Assembly: GCA_029938635.1 (NCBI GenBank) | Contig: JAOZUQ010000004.1 | Coordinates: 8,513 to 72,512, forward strand | Length of the DNA stretch: 64,000 bases | Source: Candidatus Aminicenantes bacterium | Lineage (GTDB): Bacteria > Acidobacteriota > Aminicenantia > UBA2199 | Direction of reading: 5' to 3' | In this document: piece after piece, positions 17,630-25,395 of the stretch | Numbering within the stretch: position 1 is the first letter of the stretch | Layout of the letters: each line of letters starts with the position of its first letter | Made by a program: the position numbers and the translations under genes | Notes under the pieces: generated by a model | Told to the model about the DNA's origin: nothing | Seen by the model: the letters and a program-made list of their open reading frames with translations, nothing else | The model's database searches: none

Positions 17630-19009
17630 ATGAAAAAACTATTTATATTTTCATTCATTCTGGCAGTAACGATGGGGATGATCTATTCACAGAGTATTAC
17701 TGTGACATCACCATCGGGTGGTACATGGTACAAAGGTTCTACACATAACATCACATGGACAGCGACAGGGTGTTCAAGTTCCAGTTATAAGATCAATATT
17801 TTCAGGGGTTCAATTGATCCTGCAAATTTTGTTGAACAACTTACCAAAACAGGAACGCCTGCGAAGAGCTGGACAATACCTATGGGTTATACAAACGGGA
17901 CCTATTACATCAGGATTAAGACTGACCCGGCTCAGCCCGGATGCCAGGGAGACAGTAGTGCTTTTACAATCACAGATCCTTCCTCACCCGGGCCGGGGAC
18001 AGCAGCTTCAATTACGGTTACCAACCCTACTACCGGGACTAAATGGGGCAGAGGTACTACAAAGACTATAACCTGGGATAAGAGTGGGGATCTGGATTCA
18101 AATATCAAAATAAATATCTTCAGGAATTCTATTTCTGAAGCTAATTTTGTTGAACAATTAACCGGGTCTAATAATGGTTCTAAAAGTTGGAATATCCCGG
18201 CATCTTATGATCTGGGGACATATTATTTGAGGATAAAAGAAGCTGTTGGTACAGTACAGGGGGACAGCAGGGCGTTTGAGATCATTAATCAGATGTATGT
18301 ATTTACACCGCTTGTAGCGACCATGTTTAAACCTCACTCAATTAAGATAACAGAACCGAGCGGCAGGGATCTTGCCCTTAACAGCAGGATGAAGATATTG
18401 TGGAGACCTAAAAACCTTACCAACAATGTGAAGATCTCCCTGATGAAGAACGGAGAATTTTTCGGTGTTATTGAGGAGAATCTTGCTCCCGGAAGGATTT
18501 CTACTGAATGGACAATCGGAAGGACGCTGATTAAAACTGCAACACCTGATTCAGGATTTAAAATAAAAATTGAAGAGACTGGTGTCGCTAATGTATCTGC
18601 TGAAAGTGCTGTCTTCAGTATAATAGATGAAAAGAACATTGATCTGAGCTGTTATATCTCAGGACACAGCTCCAGGGATTACGGGAGAGTTGTCAGGCTG
18701 ACCGTAAAAGTGAGGATAAACAATTTTGGTGGCCCCCCTCTTGCGAGAGTTCCGGTTCAGGTTTCTGTCAGGACCCAGGGTTCTACACCAGGATCTGGAG
18801 AGACAAAGACCAAATATCTTGAAAATGTCACTTACAGAGGACACAGCTATGAGTATAGTCTCAGTTTTGATTTCAGGCTGCATAGCGGAAGCAGGTATGA
18901 TTCACGGAGGTCACTAGGTAGAGTGGCTACGGTAGTTGTTGATCCCGGAGATTCTTTCCGTGACAGAAGGATAAGGAACAACACTTCAACTTATACTTTT
19001 AGTTTTTGA
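17630..19009 (+). CDS. Secreted repeat protein, paralog A: signal peptide, two Kre9/KNH-like Ig domains, a third divergent Ig-like domain, and a CARDB-like C-terminal domain.
   Basis: Start moved to the ATG at 17630, 7 nt after AAGGAGG (the ORF track starts at 17609). MKKLFIFSFILAVTMGMIYSQ signal. ITVTSPSGGTWYKGSTHNITWTATGCSSSSYKINIFRGSIDPANFVEQL... C-terminus ...VVVDPGDSFRDRRIRNNTSTYTFSF is CARDB-like. Confidence 0.6.
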   Translation: MKKLFIFSFILAVTMGMIYSQSITVTSPSGGTWYKGSTHNITWTATGCSSSSYKINIFRGSIDPANFVEQLTKTGTPAKSWTIPMGYTNGTYYIRIKTDPAQPGCQGDSSAFTITDPSSPGPGTAASITVTNPTTGTKWGRGTTKTITWDKSGDLDSNIKINIFRNSISEANFVEQLTGSNNGSKSWNIPASYDLGTYYLRIKEAVGTVQGDSRAFEIINQMYVFTPLVATMFKPHSIKITEPSGRDLALNSRMKILWRPKNLTNNVKISLMKNGEFFGVIEENLAPGRISTEWTIGRTLIKTATPDSGFKIKIEETGVANVSAESAVFSIIDEKNIDLSCYISGHSSRDYGRVVRLTVKVRINNFGGPPLARVPVQVSVRTQGSTPGSGETKTKYLENVTYRGHSYEYSLSFDFRLHSGSRYDSRRSLGRVATVVVDPGDSFRDRRIRNNTSTYTFSF

Positions 19010-19033
19010 TGCTTAAAATAGATCACAATTTAA

Positions 19034-19066
19034 GGCTCCCGGAGAGATCCGGGGGCCTTTTTTTTT
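19034..19066 (+). terminator. Rho-independent terminator (GGCTCCCGG-AGAGAT-CCGGGGGCC plus T9).
   Basis: GC-rich hairpin followed by a T-run immediately after the stop at 19009. The identical hairpin recurs after the next paralog. Confidence 0.7.
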
Positions 19067-19129
19067 ATCTGTAATTAGATCGATGTCTATATTGCTAAAA
19101 AAAGGGTGAGTGAAATTCTGAATAATAAG

Positions 19130-19158
19130 TGAGATATTTTTTTAAAACTTCTATTATC
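19130..19158 (+). promoter_or_regulatory. Sigma70-like promoter, GTGAGA-N17-TATTAT, for the second paralog.
   Basis: -35-like GTGAGA at 19130..19135, 17-nt spacer, TATTAT at 19153..19158. Followed by an AAGGAGG RBS and ATG at 19187. Confidence 0.45.
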
Positions 19159-19186
19159 TTAATGTAAGCAAATTAAGGAGGAAGAA

Positions 19187-20389
19187 ATGAAAAAGTCAGT
19201 AATAATTTTATTTGTTTTGTTTGTGTCGATTGGGATGATATATTCTGCCAATTTGACAGTTAATCAACCATCAGGAGGCACCTGGTATAAGGGAACCACG
19301 CACAACATCACCTGGACAGCAACCGGATGTAGCAGTACCAGTTATAAGATCAACATTTTCAGGGGTTCAATTGATGAGTCAAATTTTGTCGAACAACTTA
19401 CCAAAACAGGAACGCCTACGAAGAGCTGGACAATACCTATGGGCTATACGAACGGGACTTACTACATCAGGATCAAAACAGATCCGGCACAGCCCGGATG
19501 TCAGGGAGACAGTGCTGCATTTACGATCACTGATCCCTCCTGTGCGCCTTCGATCACTGTAACAAATCCGACCGGATCATCACAATGGTGCCGTGGACAA
19601 AGCAGCAACATAACGTGGACTTCTTCAGGTTCCCTTAATGCGAATGTAAAGATCAATATTTTCAAGAATTCAATTAATCAGGCAAATTTTGTACAACAAC
19701 TGACAGCTACAACTGCCAGCGGTTCAAAGAGCTGGGCGATCCCGGCCTCTGCTGCAACCGGCACATATTTTGTAAGGATAAAAGAGGCGGTTGGGACAGT
19801 TTACGGAGACAGTCCCGGATTCCAGGTTAAAGATTGCGGAACAACACCAAGTGGTCCTTCATGTTCATCTTTTGTGGTTTATAAACCTGCAAAAGATGAT
19901 GTAAAGTGGATTGGTTTCCCTATGGTAGTAAAATGGAAATATAAGAAGCTGATGTTTCCGGGCACTTTGAAGTCAAAAAAAGTTCTTCTGGCTCAAAAAG
20001 CTCATCTGGCTGTAAAACCGGTCCTGGAAGCGTCATTGGTAAAGATGGTCAAGATTGAGATCAAAAGTGTGAAATGTTTTTCAATTGGACAATTAGTACC
20101 CAGATTAAGAGAAATGTATGTAAAGAAGAAAGTATCTCTCGAAAAGATCAATACTCTAATGAAGATTCCGTTCCTTGTTGAGATGTTAAAATGGAAAACA
20201 CTTAAAGCAATGACCCCTGATGATGGATCTGAATTAGTAATAATTCCTTCATCCTATAAAAAGGGGTGTTATGTGATAAGAGTTACCAAGTTGTGGTGTA
20301 CTTCAAGTGATTCGGACAGAAGAGCTACTTCAGAAAAATTTTCACTGATCCCGTTGCAAATTCCCGGGTATTTAGTAGAAGCATTATAG
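19187..20389 (+). CDS. Secreted repeat protein, paralog B: conserved N-terminal signal plus two Ig-like domains, then a divergent Lys-rich C-terminal module.
   Basis: The N-terminal 190 aa are about 85-90% identical to paralogs A and C. The C-terminal ~180 aa are lysine-rich (…KWKYKKLMFPGTLKSKKVLLAQKAHLAVKP…). The other two frames contain stops, so this is not a frameshift artefact. The ends retain a weak Ig-repeat pattern (VVYKPAKDDVKW…GSELVIIPSSYKKGCYVIRVTK). Confidence 0.6.
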   Translation: MKKSVIILFVLFVSIGMIYSANLTVNQPSGGTWYKGTTHNITWTATGCSSTSYKINIFRGSIDESNFVEQLTKTGTPTKSWTIPMGYTNGTYYIRIKTDPAQPGCQGDSAAFTITDPSCAPSITVTNPTGSSQWCRGQSSNITWTSSGSLNANVKINIFKNSINQANFVQQLTATTASGSKSWAIPASAATGTYFVRIKEAVGTVYGDSPGFQVKDCGTTPSGPSCSSFVVYKPAKDDVKWIGFPMVVKWKYKKLMFPGTLKSKKVLLAQKAHLAVKPVLEASLVKMVKIEIKSVKCFSIGQLVPRLREMYVKKKVSLEKINTLMKIPFLVEMLKWKTLKAMTPDDGSELVIIPSSYKKGCYVIRVTKLWCTSSDSDRRATSEKFSLIPLQIPGYLVEAL

Positions 20390-20418
20390 TAATAATAAAC
20401 AGACAGCAAATATAAAGG

Positions 20419-20451
20419 AGGCTCCCGGAGAGATCCGGGGGCTTTTTTTTT
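20419..20451 (+). terminator. Rho-independent terminator, same hairpin as at 19034 (GGCTCCCGGAGAGATCCGGGGGC plus T-run).
   Basis: Identical stem-loop sequence to the terminator after paralog A, followed by T9. Confidence 0.7.
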
Positions 20452-20499
20452 AACTACATTTTTTATTGTTAAAATAATTATAAATAAAACTTTAAAAAA

Positions 20500-20528
20500 A
20501 ATGAGATATTTCTTTTTTACTTTTATAT
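20500..20528 (+). promoter_or_regulatory. Sigma70-like promoter, ATGAGA-N17-TATATA, for the third paralog.
   Basis: ATGAGA at 20500..20505, 17-nt spacer, TATATA at 20523..20528. AAGGAGG RBS and ATG at 20559. Confidence 0.45.
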
Positions 20529-20558
20529 AATAGCTAGAATAAATTAAAGGAGGAAAAT

Positions 20559-21689
20559 ATGAAAAAATTATTTATATTTTCATTAGTTTTTGTAGTAGCA
20601 ATGGGCCTGGTATATTCAGCCGGGCTTACAGTAAATTCACCATCGGGTGGAACATGGTACAAAGGAACAACTCATAACATCACATGGACAGCGACAGGGT
20701 GTTCAAGCTCCAGTTATAAGATCAATATCTTCAGGGGGTCAATTGATCCTGCTAATTTTGTAGAACAACTTACCAAAACAGGAACTCCCACAAAGAGCTG
20801 GACAATACCTATGAGCTATACGAACGGGACCTATTACATCAGGATCAAAACAGATCCGGCACAGCCCGGATGTCAGGGAGACAGTGCTGCATTCACGATC
20901 ACGGATACTCCTACACCCGCCACATCAGCGATAACTATTACACACCCGACAGCAGGCGAAGAATTCTGCAGGGGACAGGGGGAGACAATATCATGGACCC
21001 ATACCGGTACATTGAGTGCAAATGTAAAGATCAATATATTCAGAGGTTCAATTGATCCTGCAAATTTTGTAACACAGCTTACGGCTACTACTGCAAGTGG
21101 ATCCAAAATATGGAATGTTCCTGCGGCTCAGGCATTAGGAACAAATTATCATGTTCGGGTGAAAGAGGCTACTCTCGGAACAACAAGTGGAGACAGCCCT
21201 GCATTTACAGTTGCAAATTGTGACGGAGGAAGTGGTCCGGGACTCGATCCGGGACTTATTGAAAGGCTTAAGGACTTGATGAGACGTCTTGAAAGGATCC
21301 CATGGTGGAGAAATCCAAAAGGCCCATGGCCTGGACCCGGACCGGGACCATGTCTTTCCTGCCCGGTGTTTGATCTTCAAAAACTTAGGGACTTGCTGAA
21401 AGAAGTTGGGTTAAAGGAAGAGATCGGAATTGCTCTGTATAATGGCGGACAGAAAATTGCTGATTTTGGAAAATTCGGCCCTCCCTCGCGCTTAGGAAGA
21501 AAGGGTTTGAAATTAAACAGACTAAAAGGGATGAAACTTATGCAAAACAGAGTAGGTCTGAAAAGTATTAAGATGGAACATACTAAAATGTTGAGCAGAG
21601 GTACAGGTTTTAAACTTGTATTCATCAATTCGAAGGGAAAAATGATCGGAGACTCCGGGATAAAACTGGAAGAGAAAGTAATGAAATAA
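20559..21689 (+). CDS. Secreted repeat protein, paralog C: conserved N-terminal Ig-like domains, a PGPGPGP linker, and a basic Gly/Lys/Leu-rich C-terminal module.
   Basis: MKKLFIFSLVFVVAMGLVYSA signal. Two Kre9/KNH-like domains. C-terminus …PWPGPGPGPCLSCPVFDLQKLRDLLKEVGLKEE…RLGRKGLKLNRLKGMKLMQNRVGLKSIKME…. Confidence 0.6.
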   Translation: MKKLFIFSLVFVVAMGLVYSAGLTVNSPSGGTWYKGTTHNITWTATGCSSSSYKINIFRGSIDPANFVEQLTKTGTPTKSWTIPMSYTNGTYYIRIKTDPAQPGCQGDSAAFTITDTPTPATSAITITHPTAGEEFCRGQGETISWTHTGTLSANVKINIFRGSIDPANFVTQLTATTASGSKIWNVPAAQALGTNYHVRVKEATLGTTSGDSPAFTVANCDGGSGPGLDPGLIERLKDLMRRLERIPWWRNPKGPWPGPGPGPCLSCPVFDLQKLRDLLKEVGLKEEIGIALYNGGQKIADFGKFGPPSRLGRKGLKLNRLKGMKLMQNRVGLKSIKMEHTKMLSRGTGFKLVFINSKGKMIGDSGIKLEEKVMK

Positions 21690-21713
21690 GCTTTGTAAAA
21701 GATTTTAAAATAA

Positions 21714-21743
21714 AGCCCCCGGCAAAAACCGGGGGTTTTTTTT
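21714..21743 (+). terminator. Rho-independent terminator (AGCCCCCGG-CAAAAA-CCGGGGG plus T8).
   Basis: Perfect 9-bp GC stem with an A-rich loop and a T-tract, 25 nt after the stop of paralog C. Confidence 0.7.
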
Positions 21744-21788
21744 ATGAAAGAATTGAATTTAGTGAAATAGCCTTATCGCGGAGGGGAA

Positions 21789-22802
21789 ATGCAGAACAAT
21801 ATTGCATCTTCAAAAGAATTGATATTTGCTGATCTGATAAAAATTACTAAAAAAAGGGCAATCTTGCTTTCCACAGTATTAATATCAGGAATAATTCTTA
21901 TAACACTTTTTTTTACTTTTAAATATCCTCCCGAGGCCTTATCATCAAGGATCTTCTCAGATGATCTCGGAAATATTTTCAGTATAATCAATAGTAAAAA
22001 TAGTTTTTTATCTCCTGATGATATCAACAAACTGATTGATCCCATTATTCAATTAAATATAGAAAAGAAGAAAAAATATAAGATTTCAGTAAAAAACACA
22101 TTTAAAAAAGGGAAAATACACAATTCAGTTGTTGGAGTCCTTGACCTGAATATAAGTAGAAAATTTGCAAAATATGATGAAAAAAGTAAAGTAAAATTTA
22201 CTAGGGATATTGAGGATTTTTTCAGGAAATTTGAGCATCAACTTTTTTTATGGTTTGTTTACAGAGAGAAAATTGAAAAGCTGAAGATCATAGACAACAT
22301 TATAAAAAAAAAAAAAGCAATTGAAGAAGAAGAGAAGAAAATTAGTATTGTAAAAAAATTCAAGGATATCCCCTCAGAAAATTACCGGGATATACTTGAT
22401 ATAGACCCTAGTTATCTTCCTCCTTCCCAGCAATATTACGGGCTTGTTATTGAAATGAATAACCAAAAAAGGCTTCTTGATTTGTTTAATGAAGCCCTTA
22501 TTGAAATAGATGGAATATTGAAAATTATTTCAGATAAAGAGTTGTCATTATTTTCTGAGATTGTAATTATCAAAGACCTGAAGCAGTATGAAATATTATA
22601 TAACAGAGTAAAGTTAATTTCTGAAAATATCCGGATTTTAAAGAATAAACTTATTTTAAGAGGATTTTATCGGTCTGAAAATATCCCGGGAATTTATCTG
22701 ATAGTTTTTTCCTTTTTAATACTCTTTATATTCCTGGTCATTTTAATAAGCTTTATTGAATGGTGGTCCAAAAATAAAGATAAGATTAACATCAGAATAT
22801 AG
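21789..22802 (+). CDS. Wzz-like polysaccharide co-polymerase (chain-length determinant) candidate. Called from topology only.
   Basis: 337 aa. TM1 at about aa 23-44, a Lys/Glu-rich predicted coiled-coil region of about 250 aa, and a C-terminal TM (IYLIVFSFLILFIFLVILISF). This is the PCP-1 architecture. GGAGGGG RBS. Confidence 0.4.
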   Translation: MQNNIASSKELIFADLIKITKKRAILLSTVLISGIILITLFFTFKYPPEALSSRIFSDDLGNIFSIINSKNSFLSPDDINKLIDPIIQLNIEKKKKYKISVKNTFKKGKIHNSVVGVLDLNISRKFAKYDEKSKVKFTRDIEDFFRKFEHQLFLWFVYREKIEKLKIIDNIIKKKKAIEEEEKKISIVKKFKDIPSENYRDILDIDPSYLPPSQQYYGLVIEMNNQKRLLDLFNEALIEIDGILKIISDKELSLFSEIVIIKDLKQYEILYNRVKLISENIRILKNKLILRGFYRSENIPGIYLIVFSFLILFIFLVILISFIEWWSKNKDKINIRI

Positions 22803-22997
22803 TCTCATGTTTCTTTCAATATGAATTTATTTATCTTCAGGTTGTCTTTAATGAAAACAGAACTTATTGTCAATGGAATTATCGTATAATTTTTCAATTG
22901 TGATGTAATATGTTAAAATATATACACAGATATTGAATCTTTTAAAGTTTAACAAAACTGATTTAAATCATTAAATTTATAATGAAGAATTGAAATA

Positions 22998-23717
22998 ATG
23001 CTATTAGTAACTGGAATGCACAGATCTGGGACTTCAATAACAACACAGTTGCTTCTTGAAGCTGGAGCTAAGCTTGGAAATCCTGACAAGCTATTTCCAG
23101 GAGACAAATGGAACCCCGATGGATATTTTGAACAAATGGAGATCCTGGATGTTAATATTTCATTAGTTAACGGGCCTTGGGGGAAATTTTCCTATTTCTC
23201 TCCACCTTCCGAGAATTTAATACTGAAAAGAGCGGAAAAGTTAGAAAATAAAATTAAGGAATTGTCCAGAAATCATATAGACCTAATTGTTAAAGACCCA
23301 AGGTTTTGTCTTACACTATCGGCCTGGAAGCAGTATTATGATGGTATAAAAAAGGTTCTGATCAATGTCAGAGAACCAATTCAAGTGGCCTATTCATTAA
23401 AAAAGCGAAATCATATTTCTATTAGATTGGGATTGAAGTTATGGTATGAACACAATAAAAGGATACTGGAATATGTAAATGATATTCCTCATATTTTTTT
23501 TAATTTTAATAATTTGTTTTCTCCTGAATTATCAACTCTGGAAATTAAGAAAGTATTTAAGTTTTTTGATTTAAATGTAAAGGATTCAAAAATAGATTCT
23601 ATTCTGAACAAATGTGTTAAATCATCTTTAAAACACAATACTATCACTGAATATAAGTATGAAAAAAATATAAGGGAACTTTGGGATCACTTAAAAAACA
23701 AGTGTGGAAGTTATTAA
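22998..23717 (+). CDS. Sulfotransferase (Stf0/NodH-like, PAPS-dependent).
   Basis: N-terminal LLVTGMHRSGTSITTQLL is a 5'-PSB P-loop-like motif. A downstream IVKDPRFCLTLSAW is a 3'-PB-like block. 239 aa. Confidence 0.6.
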   Translation: MLLVTGMHRSGTSITTQLLLEAGAKLGNPDKLFPGDKWNPDGYFEQMEILDVNISLVNGPWGKFSYFSPPSENLILKRAEKLENKIKELSRNHIDLIVKDPRFCLTLSAWKQYYDGIKKVLINVREPIQVAYSLKKRNHISIRLGLKLWYEHNKRILEYVNDIPHIFFNFNNLFSPELSTLEIKKVFKFFDLNVKDSKIDSILNKCVKSSLKHNTITEYKYEKNIRELWDHLKNKCGSY

Positions 23718-23753
23718 TAAGCTAATAATTATAAAGGAATTAGATATAAAAAA

Positions 23754-24416
23754 ATGATAAGTTTAAAAAAAATGAAGTTGAAAATATTTGGGGGGTTGGT
23801 CCCGGAAGGGGAATTGGGGTTGAAAATTATTGGATATCGTAAATATGTCGGAGGCAAATGGGATGAGATAGGAAATTTGCAATTTGATTATCTGATAAAA
23901 CAGGGATTAAAATCTTCTCACAGTTTTCTTGATATCGGTTGTGGTGCGCTAAGGGGCGGGTCAAGGTTTATTGAATACCTAGATGCCGGTAACTATCTTG
24001 GATTTGATAAAGAAAAAAAATTAGTTGAAATTGGTAAGAAGAAAGTTCTTCAAGGAAACTTGTTAAAAGAAAAAAATCCTGAATTTGTAATATCTGATAA
24101 GTTTGAGTTTGACGGATTTTTAAAAAAACCGAATTATTCACTTGCCCTGTCTTTGTTTTCCCATCTAAGTGAAGAAGATATATTGCTTTGCCTGAAAAAT
24201 CTCAGAAAATTTGTCAATAAAGAGCATATATTTTTTGCCACATTTTTTGAGGGTGAATCCGATAGAAACCCAGATAAATCTCATAGTCTTGACCATTTTG
24301 ATTTTACTAGAGAAGAGATGATCAAATTCGGGGAAAGAACAAGCTGGAAGTCGGAATACATCGGAGATTGGGACCATCCGAGAGACCAGAAAATGATCAA
24401 ATATATTGCCGAATAG
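23754..24416 (+). CDS. Class I SAM-dependent methyltransferase.
   Basis: LDIGCGALRGGSRFIE motif I (GxGxG) with a downstream acidic motif II. 220 aa. Confidence 0.65.
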   Translation: MISLKKMKLKIFGGLVPEGELGLKIIGYRKYVGGKWDEIGNLQFDYLIKQGLKSSHSFLDIGCGALRGGSRFIEYLDAGNYLGFDKEKKLVEIGKKKVLQGNLLKEKNPEFVISDKFEFDGFLKKPNYSLALSLFSHLSEEDILLCLKNLRKFVNKEHIFFATFFEGESDRNPDKSHSLDHFDFTREEMIKFGERTSWKSEYIGDWDHPRDQKMIKYIAE

Positions 24417-24429
24417 GAATAGTTAAGAA

Positions 24430-25374
24430 ATGGGATGTTTGTCAGAAAAAAAAACAAAAATCGGAATTAAGTTTTTTATTGGGATAATTTTACTGGGGAT
24501 ACTTGTATTCAAGTTGTACAATAATAAAATAGAATTCTTCAATTATACATTTAACAATTATTATTTTTTCTTCGGATTTTTTTTTATTTTATTTTCATTT
24601 TTTATTATTACTTTAAGGATTCATATTTTAGTGTCTGATTATGTTGAGAGTTATATTGAAACTTTAAAAATGTTTTTAATAGGATGGTTTTTTTCTAATA
24701 TACTTCCAACTAATATCGGAGGAGATGGATATATGATCCTCCATCTGAAAAAAAAATCTGTTTCAATGACAGAGGCAGTTACACTTGTAACTTTCCAGAG
24801 ATTTATAGGTTTGATTGTCCTTGTTGTTTATGGAATAGGATATTTGTTTTTTTATCCAAACTGGATCTATAAAATAGATATGAACCTGAATATTAGTTTT
24901 AATTTCGTTATTTTAATATCTGTGATTTTTATTATATTACTTTGCATTTTTTTCATTCTCTTCAAGGGAGTAATAAAAAAACAATTAAAAAAAGCAAGAA
25001 AATTCTTTATGGATTACAAAAGTATACTTAATGATTTCAAGTTTATTAAACATCTAAACCTGATACTTCTCTCAATTTCCTATCATTTGATCAGATTGGC
25101 AGGTTTATCATTTCTTTTACTAAGTTTTAATCAAAAAGTTGATCCTCCGGATATACTGTTCATTATGGTTATTGTTACAATTGGTTCTCTGATACCTATA
25201 AGCATCGGTGCTCTGGGTGTGCAGGAATCTCTGTTTACATTAGGATTGTCAACTTTTGGAGTTTCTGTTCCAATAGCTATTATAGTTTCCTTTATTAACA
25301 GAGGAATATATATTCTTGTTGCATTAATCGGCGGACTTCTTTTTTTGTTTGACAAGAAAAAAAAAGCAACATAG
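24430..25374 (+). CDS. Polytopic membrane protein, UPF0104 / LPG-synthase-TM 'flippase-like' family candidate.
   Basis: 314 aa, about 8 TM helices. An ILPTNIGGDGYMILHL block resembles the PxxGGxG(E) signature of that family. Low certainty. Confidence 0.3.
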   Translation: MGCLSEKKTKIGIKFFIGIILLGILVFKLYNNKIEFFNYTFNNYYFFFGFFFILFSFFIITLRIHILVSDYVESYIETLKMFLIGWFFSNILPTNIGGDGYMILHLKKKSVSMTEAVTLVTFQRFIGLIVLVVYGIGYLFFYPNWIYKIDMNLNISFNFVILISVIFIILLCIFFILFKGVIKKQLKKARKFFMDYKSILNDFKFIKHLNLILLSISYHLIRLAGLSFLLLSFNQKVDPPDILFIMVIVTIGSLIPISIGALGVQESLFTLGLSTFGVSVPIAIIVSFINRGIYILVALIGGLLFLFDKKKKAT

Positions 25375-25395
25375 AATATTAAAAAATCAAAAAAT

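Noticed and set aside
19860-20389. Suspected frameshift in the Lys-rich C-terminus of paralog B. I asked whether the Ig repeats continued in another frame.
   Set aside because: Both alternative forward frames hit stop codons within a few codons (e.g. MFIFCGL*). The annotated frame is the only open one. Weak Ig-repeat signatures remain at both ends of the segment.
22803-22997. A 195-bp AT-rich gap between the Wzz-like gene and the first sulfotransferase. I considered a small RNA or a promoter (TTGTCA…TATAAT).
   Set aside because: The TTGTCA/TATAAT pair has only ~12-nt spacing, and no convincing stem-loop or conserved RNA structure is visible by eye. Left unannotated.
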